This document shows, piece after piece, positions 60,911 through 64,000 of a stretch of DNA of 64,000 nucleotides. The notes beneath the pieces are model-generated. The model ran no database searches, was not told where the DNA came from, and saw only the letters and a program-made list of their open reading frames with translations. Origin of the DNA: Octopus sinensis (Eukaryota); NCBI RefSeq assembly GCF_006345805.1, contig NC_042999.1:2914001-2978000 (forward strand). Reading direction: 5' to 3'. The position numbers and the translations under genes are program-made. How positions within the stretch are numbered: the stretch's first letter is position 1; each line of letters starts with the position of its first letter.

Positions 60911-61464
60911 GCCTGATGCAGTACCAGCAGTGGCTCTCATGGCTTCTGATCTTAACTGATGGAAGTGTTATCATGTACATTGTTTTGTCTTGGTATAAAA
61001 AGATGGGATACAGCAAATATTCTGCTCAATACCACAGATTTGCTTGTCAGTTGATTGACCTTAACCAGTTGAGCATGTCCCTTAGTGGCTAATGATATGT
61101 GCAATCTCTGATCATGAGCAGAAGTAGTAGGGGAGCATCATATCCATGTGTTGAAAGGAATTATTTGTGGTTTGGATAATTCACTTTTGGAAACATGGGT
61201 GGTTTGTTCAACATCCTTAAACAATTCTTATTCAGGGTCTTTTTGAGTGGGATGGACTATTCGACCTGAAGAAAATTCTAACTGGGCCCCACCTGCAAGG
61301 TCATGCACTGTTTATCCTAATATGAGATCACCATGTTGCACATATATGGTTGTGATACATGTGCCTGGTGTACCCTTATCAGACAGGTAGTCATGATGGG
61401 TATACTGGGCTTCGTATATTTGTACCCCAGTGTCACTTTGATGGCATGCACTGCTCTCTCAATC
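60911..61464. mobile_element. 554-bp non-coding insertion within a (TAA)n tract, unclassified
   Basis: Complex sequence with sharp borders to (AAT)n on both sides; no long ORF. Confidence 0.45.
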
Positions 61465-61498
<34 letters not shown>

Positions 61499-61700
61499 TA
61501 ATACTACTACTAATAATAACAATGTAATAATGATAATGTAATAATAATAATGTAATAATGATAATTTAATAATAATAATGATGATAATAATAATGTAATA
61601 TAATAATATGATAATAATAATAATGTAATACAAATAATAATAATAATGTAATAATAATAATAATAATAATATAATAATAATAATAATAATAATAAAGTAA
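61465..61700. repeat. (AAT)n microsatellite
   Basis: Direct inspection. Confidence 0.95.
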
Positions 61701-62289
61701 TAAATATTATACAGATATTTCCCAAAACTAAGCAACAATATTTCATTTATGATATCTTGGCAAGACATGACCTTTCGTCTGATCTGAAGATAATTCCAAA
61801 TAATCTCTCTTTTTATTTTTTAACATATACAAATAAGAGAACTTTGATTGTCGATAGCAATGCTAAAGTCAAAAACTTTGATGTTATTTAATAAAACAAA
61901 ATTATTAGATTTGATGTTGTAATTTAGTCAAACATTCAACTAACAGAATCATGTTTGATTTTAATATCTCGTTAGACATCAAGATAAAAATGTCAACACA
62001 ATGATAAAACACTGAACTCGTGTTACCCCCGCAAATGTACCCCCTTTACAAAATGCTATGTCGTAACCTTGACTAAGATATTCATCTCTCTTTGGCTGGA
62101 ATTACGCTCATATATCATTTACGCAGAACAAACCTGAGATACTTGACTATAAAAGATCGCCAAACATACTTACCGGAGTGCATTTTGCTGCGGTCGCTTG
62201 ATCTCATTTTTGCAGGAATTTTTGTTGGGTGTTCAGTTTTCACGTCTGTCGTCCCCATCTCTAGCTGTCTGTCATACTCTTTTCACACC

Positions 62290-62490
62290 CCTATCATCAT
62301 CATTATCGTTTAATGTCCGCTTTCCATGATAGCATGGGTTGGACGATTTTGACTGAGGGCTGGTGAACCAGATGGCTGCACCAGGCTCCAATCTTGATCT
62401 GGCAGAGTTTCTACAGCTGGATGCCCTTCCTAATGCCAACCACTCCAAGAGTGTAGTGGGTGCTTTTACGTGTCACCGGCATGGGGGCCA
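62290..62490 (-). mobile_element. Repeat family A copy
   Basis: Core and (CAT)n tail. Confidence 0.85.
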
Positions 62491-62530
62491 CACCCTGCCC
62501 TTTCACATTCTCTATCCTTATTCCCTCTTT

Positions 62531-62756
62531 GTGAAGGCACATGGCTTAGTCGTTAATATATTCGTCTCATGATCATAAGGTCACGAGTTCAATTCCTGGT
62601 GGTGCATTGTGACCTTGAGCAAGGCACTTTATTTTATGTTGCTCTAGTCCACTTGGCTAGCAGAAATGACTGGTACCTGTAATTCAAAAAAAAGGGCCAG
62701 CTTTTACAATATACTGTCACACTGAATCTTCCTGAGATCTATGTTAAGGGTACATA
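62531..62756 (+). mobile_element. SINE family E copy (3'-truncated)
   Basis: Homologous to 50205-50528; TGTGACCTTGAGCAAGGCACTTTA CORE-like motif. Confidence 0.7.
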
Positions 62757-62880
62757 GGCGTAGGAGTGGCTGTGTGGTAAGTAGCTTGCTTACAAACCAC
62801 ATGGTTCTGGGTTCAGTCCCACTGCGTGGCACCTTGGGCAAGTGTCTTCTGCTATAGCCTCCGGCTGACCAAAGCCTTGG
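62757..62880 (+). mobile_element. SINE family B 5' part
   Basis: GGCGTAGGAGTGGCTGTGTGGTAAG...CCAAAGCCTTG. Confidence 0.8.
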
Positions 62881-63199
62881 GACCCACGCCAGGTTCCATT
62901 GTCTGTTTCAAGCATGGTTTCAACAGCTGGATGCCCTTCCTAATGCCAACCACTCTACAGACTGTGCTGGGTGCTGTTTTTACGTAGCACCAGCACTGAC
63001 CAAATTACCAAGTACCTCAAAAGACAAAAACCCTTCACCTGACAGGAAGGGGGAAAATAGGTGTTAAATGATGTCGGTGATGATGATGATGATGGTCCAG
63101 TTAATTTGCTGAACACCTACTCATGCTAACATCAAACATGCTAACGTTTGGCCTATGAAGGCGATATGGCTGTTATTTTTAGCAGATTGAGTGACTGCA

Positions 63200-64000
63200 T
63201 AAAGGCTTCCTCGTGGGTTGTAATGCAGTTTTATTGTTAATACAACAACTAAAGTTGTTGTTGTTGTTTCTGTTGTTGTTATTGTTGTTACTGTTCTTCT
63301 TATTGATCTTGTGGTTCATATCACTGTTGTTGTTGATGATGGTGACAGCAATGATGATCAGGAGAAGGAGGATGATGATGACAGCAATAACGATTAGGAT
63401 GGTGATGAGGATGATGACGACGATGATGATGAGGAGGAGGAGGAAGAGGAGGATGACGACAATGATGGTGATGAGGATGATGACAATGGAGATGACAGCG
63501 ATGATGATGACGTCGATGATGAGGAGGAGGACAATGACAACAACGAGGAGGAGGACAATGTTGACAATGATGAGGACGATGATGACAAAGAAGTTGATGA
63601 TGGCAGCAATAAGGATGACAAGGGTGATGAGAATAATGATGACTATGATGCTGACGATGAAGATGATGACCGTGACAGCAAAGACGATGAGACTAACGAC
63701 AACAATGCCAATGAGAATGATGACAACGATGATGATGGTGGTGACAATGATGATTATGATCATAACGATGATAGCAATGATGATGATGATGGCAATGACA
63801 GCAATGATATGATGATGATGATGTCGACGACTACGAAGATTCCAAAGCTGAAGAGGGGAATATTGATGATGTTGATGATGACAACAACTACGATAACAAC
63901 AACAATGATGGTGATGATGAAGATGAAGATGATGGTGATGGTGGTCATCGTCGTGATGATGATGATGATGATGAGGATGATTTTGAGGAGGAGGAGGATG
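63200..64000. repeat. Degenerate trinucleotide tract (GTT, then GAT/GAC/GAG/AAC)
   Basis: Strong 3-bp periodicity, low complexity. Confidence 0.9.

Noticed and set aside
62165-62176. ATACTTACC resembling the U1 snRNA 5' end
   Set aside because: No downstream U1 structure or Sm site; better explained as the reverse complement of a splice donor.
2993-62880. tRNA-like heads of SINE families B, C, D and E as tRNA genes
   Set aside because: They run into SINE bodies, lack complete cloverleafs and are multicopy and diverged.
63179-63948. Long M-rich, I-rich or D/E-rich frames at the window end
   Set aside because: Degenerate trinucleotide tract; several frames are open on both strands, and the acidic frame has an internal TAG near 63395.

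Overview
Eukaryotic, AT-rich, repeat-dense DNA. The SINE families, heavy (TA)n/(TAA)n/(GAT)n microsatellite load and KRAB-less tandem C2H2 gene resemble an octopus (coleoid cephalopod) genome; this is pattern recognition, not a database result. The one confident host gene is a 10-finger C2H2 zinc-finger CDS (18677-19537, +). Mobile DNA dominates. It includes a near full-length CR1-type LINE (about 12.36-17.0 kb) whose ORF1 combines a Myb/SANT-like domain with two CCCH fingers, a second 5'-truncated CR1-like LINE (34.3-36.7 kb), five R4/Dong-type (REL endonuclease) fragments, RTE, RTEX and Ingi/Vingi fragments, two mariners, a decayed hAT, Helitron/Helentron non-autonomous elements and dozens of SINE-like repeats. 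A 6.1-kb GAAAATTTTC-based satellite with higher-order structure spans 26.94-33.04 kb. The most notable hidden signal is at 54-60 kb: four unrelated short repeat families each fold by eye into a type I minimal hammerhead ribozyme with a palindromic (dimer-type) stem III. They occur as head-to-head inverted pairs or a 330-bp tandem array, mostly at (TA)n tracts, as expected for Penelope-like pLTRs or retrozymes. One has a swapped G3-C8 core pair and another an A6U core. All folds, alignments and family names were derived by eye, no activity is shown, and most repeat boundaries are approximate (about 10-20 bp).
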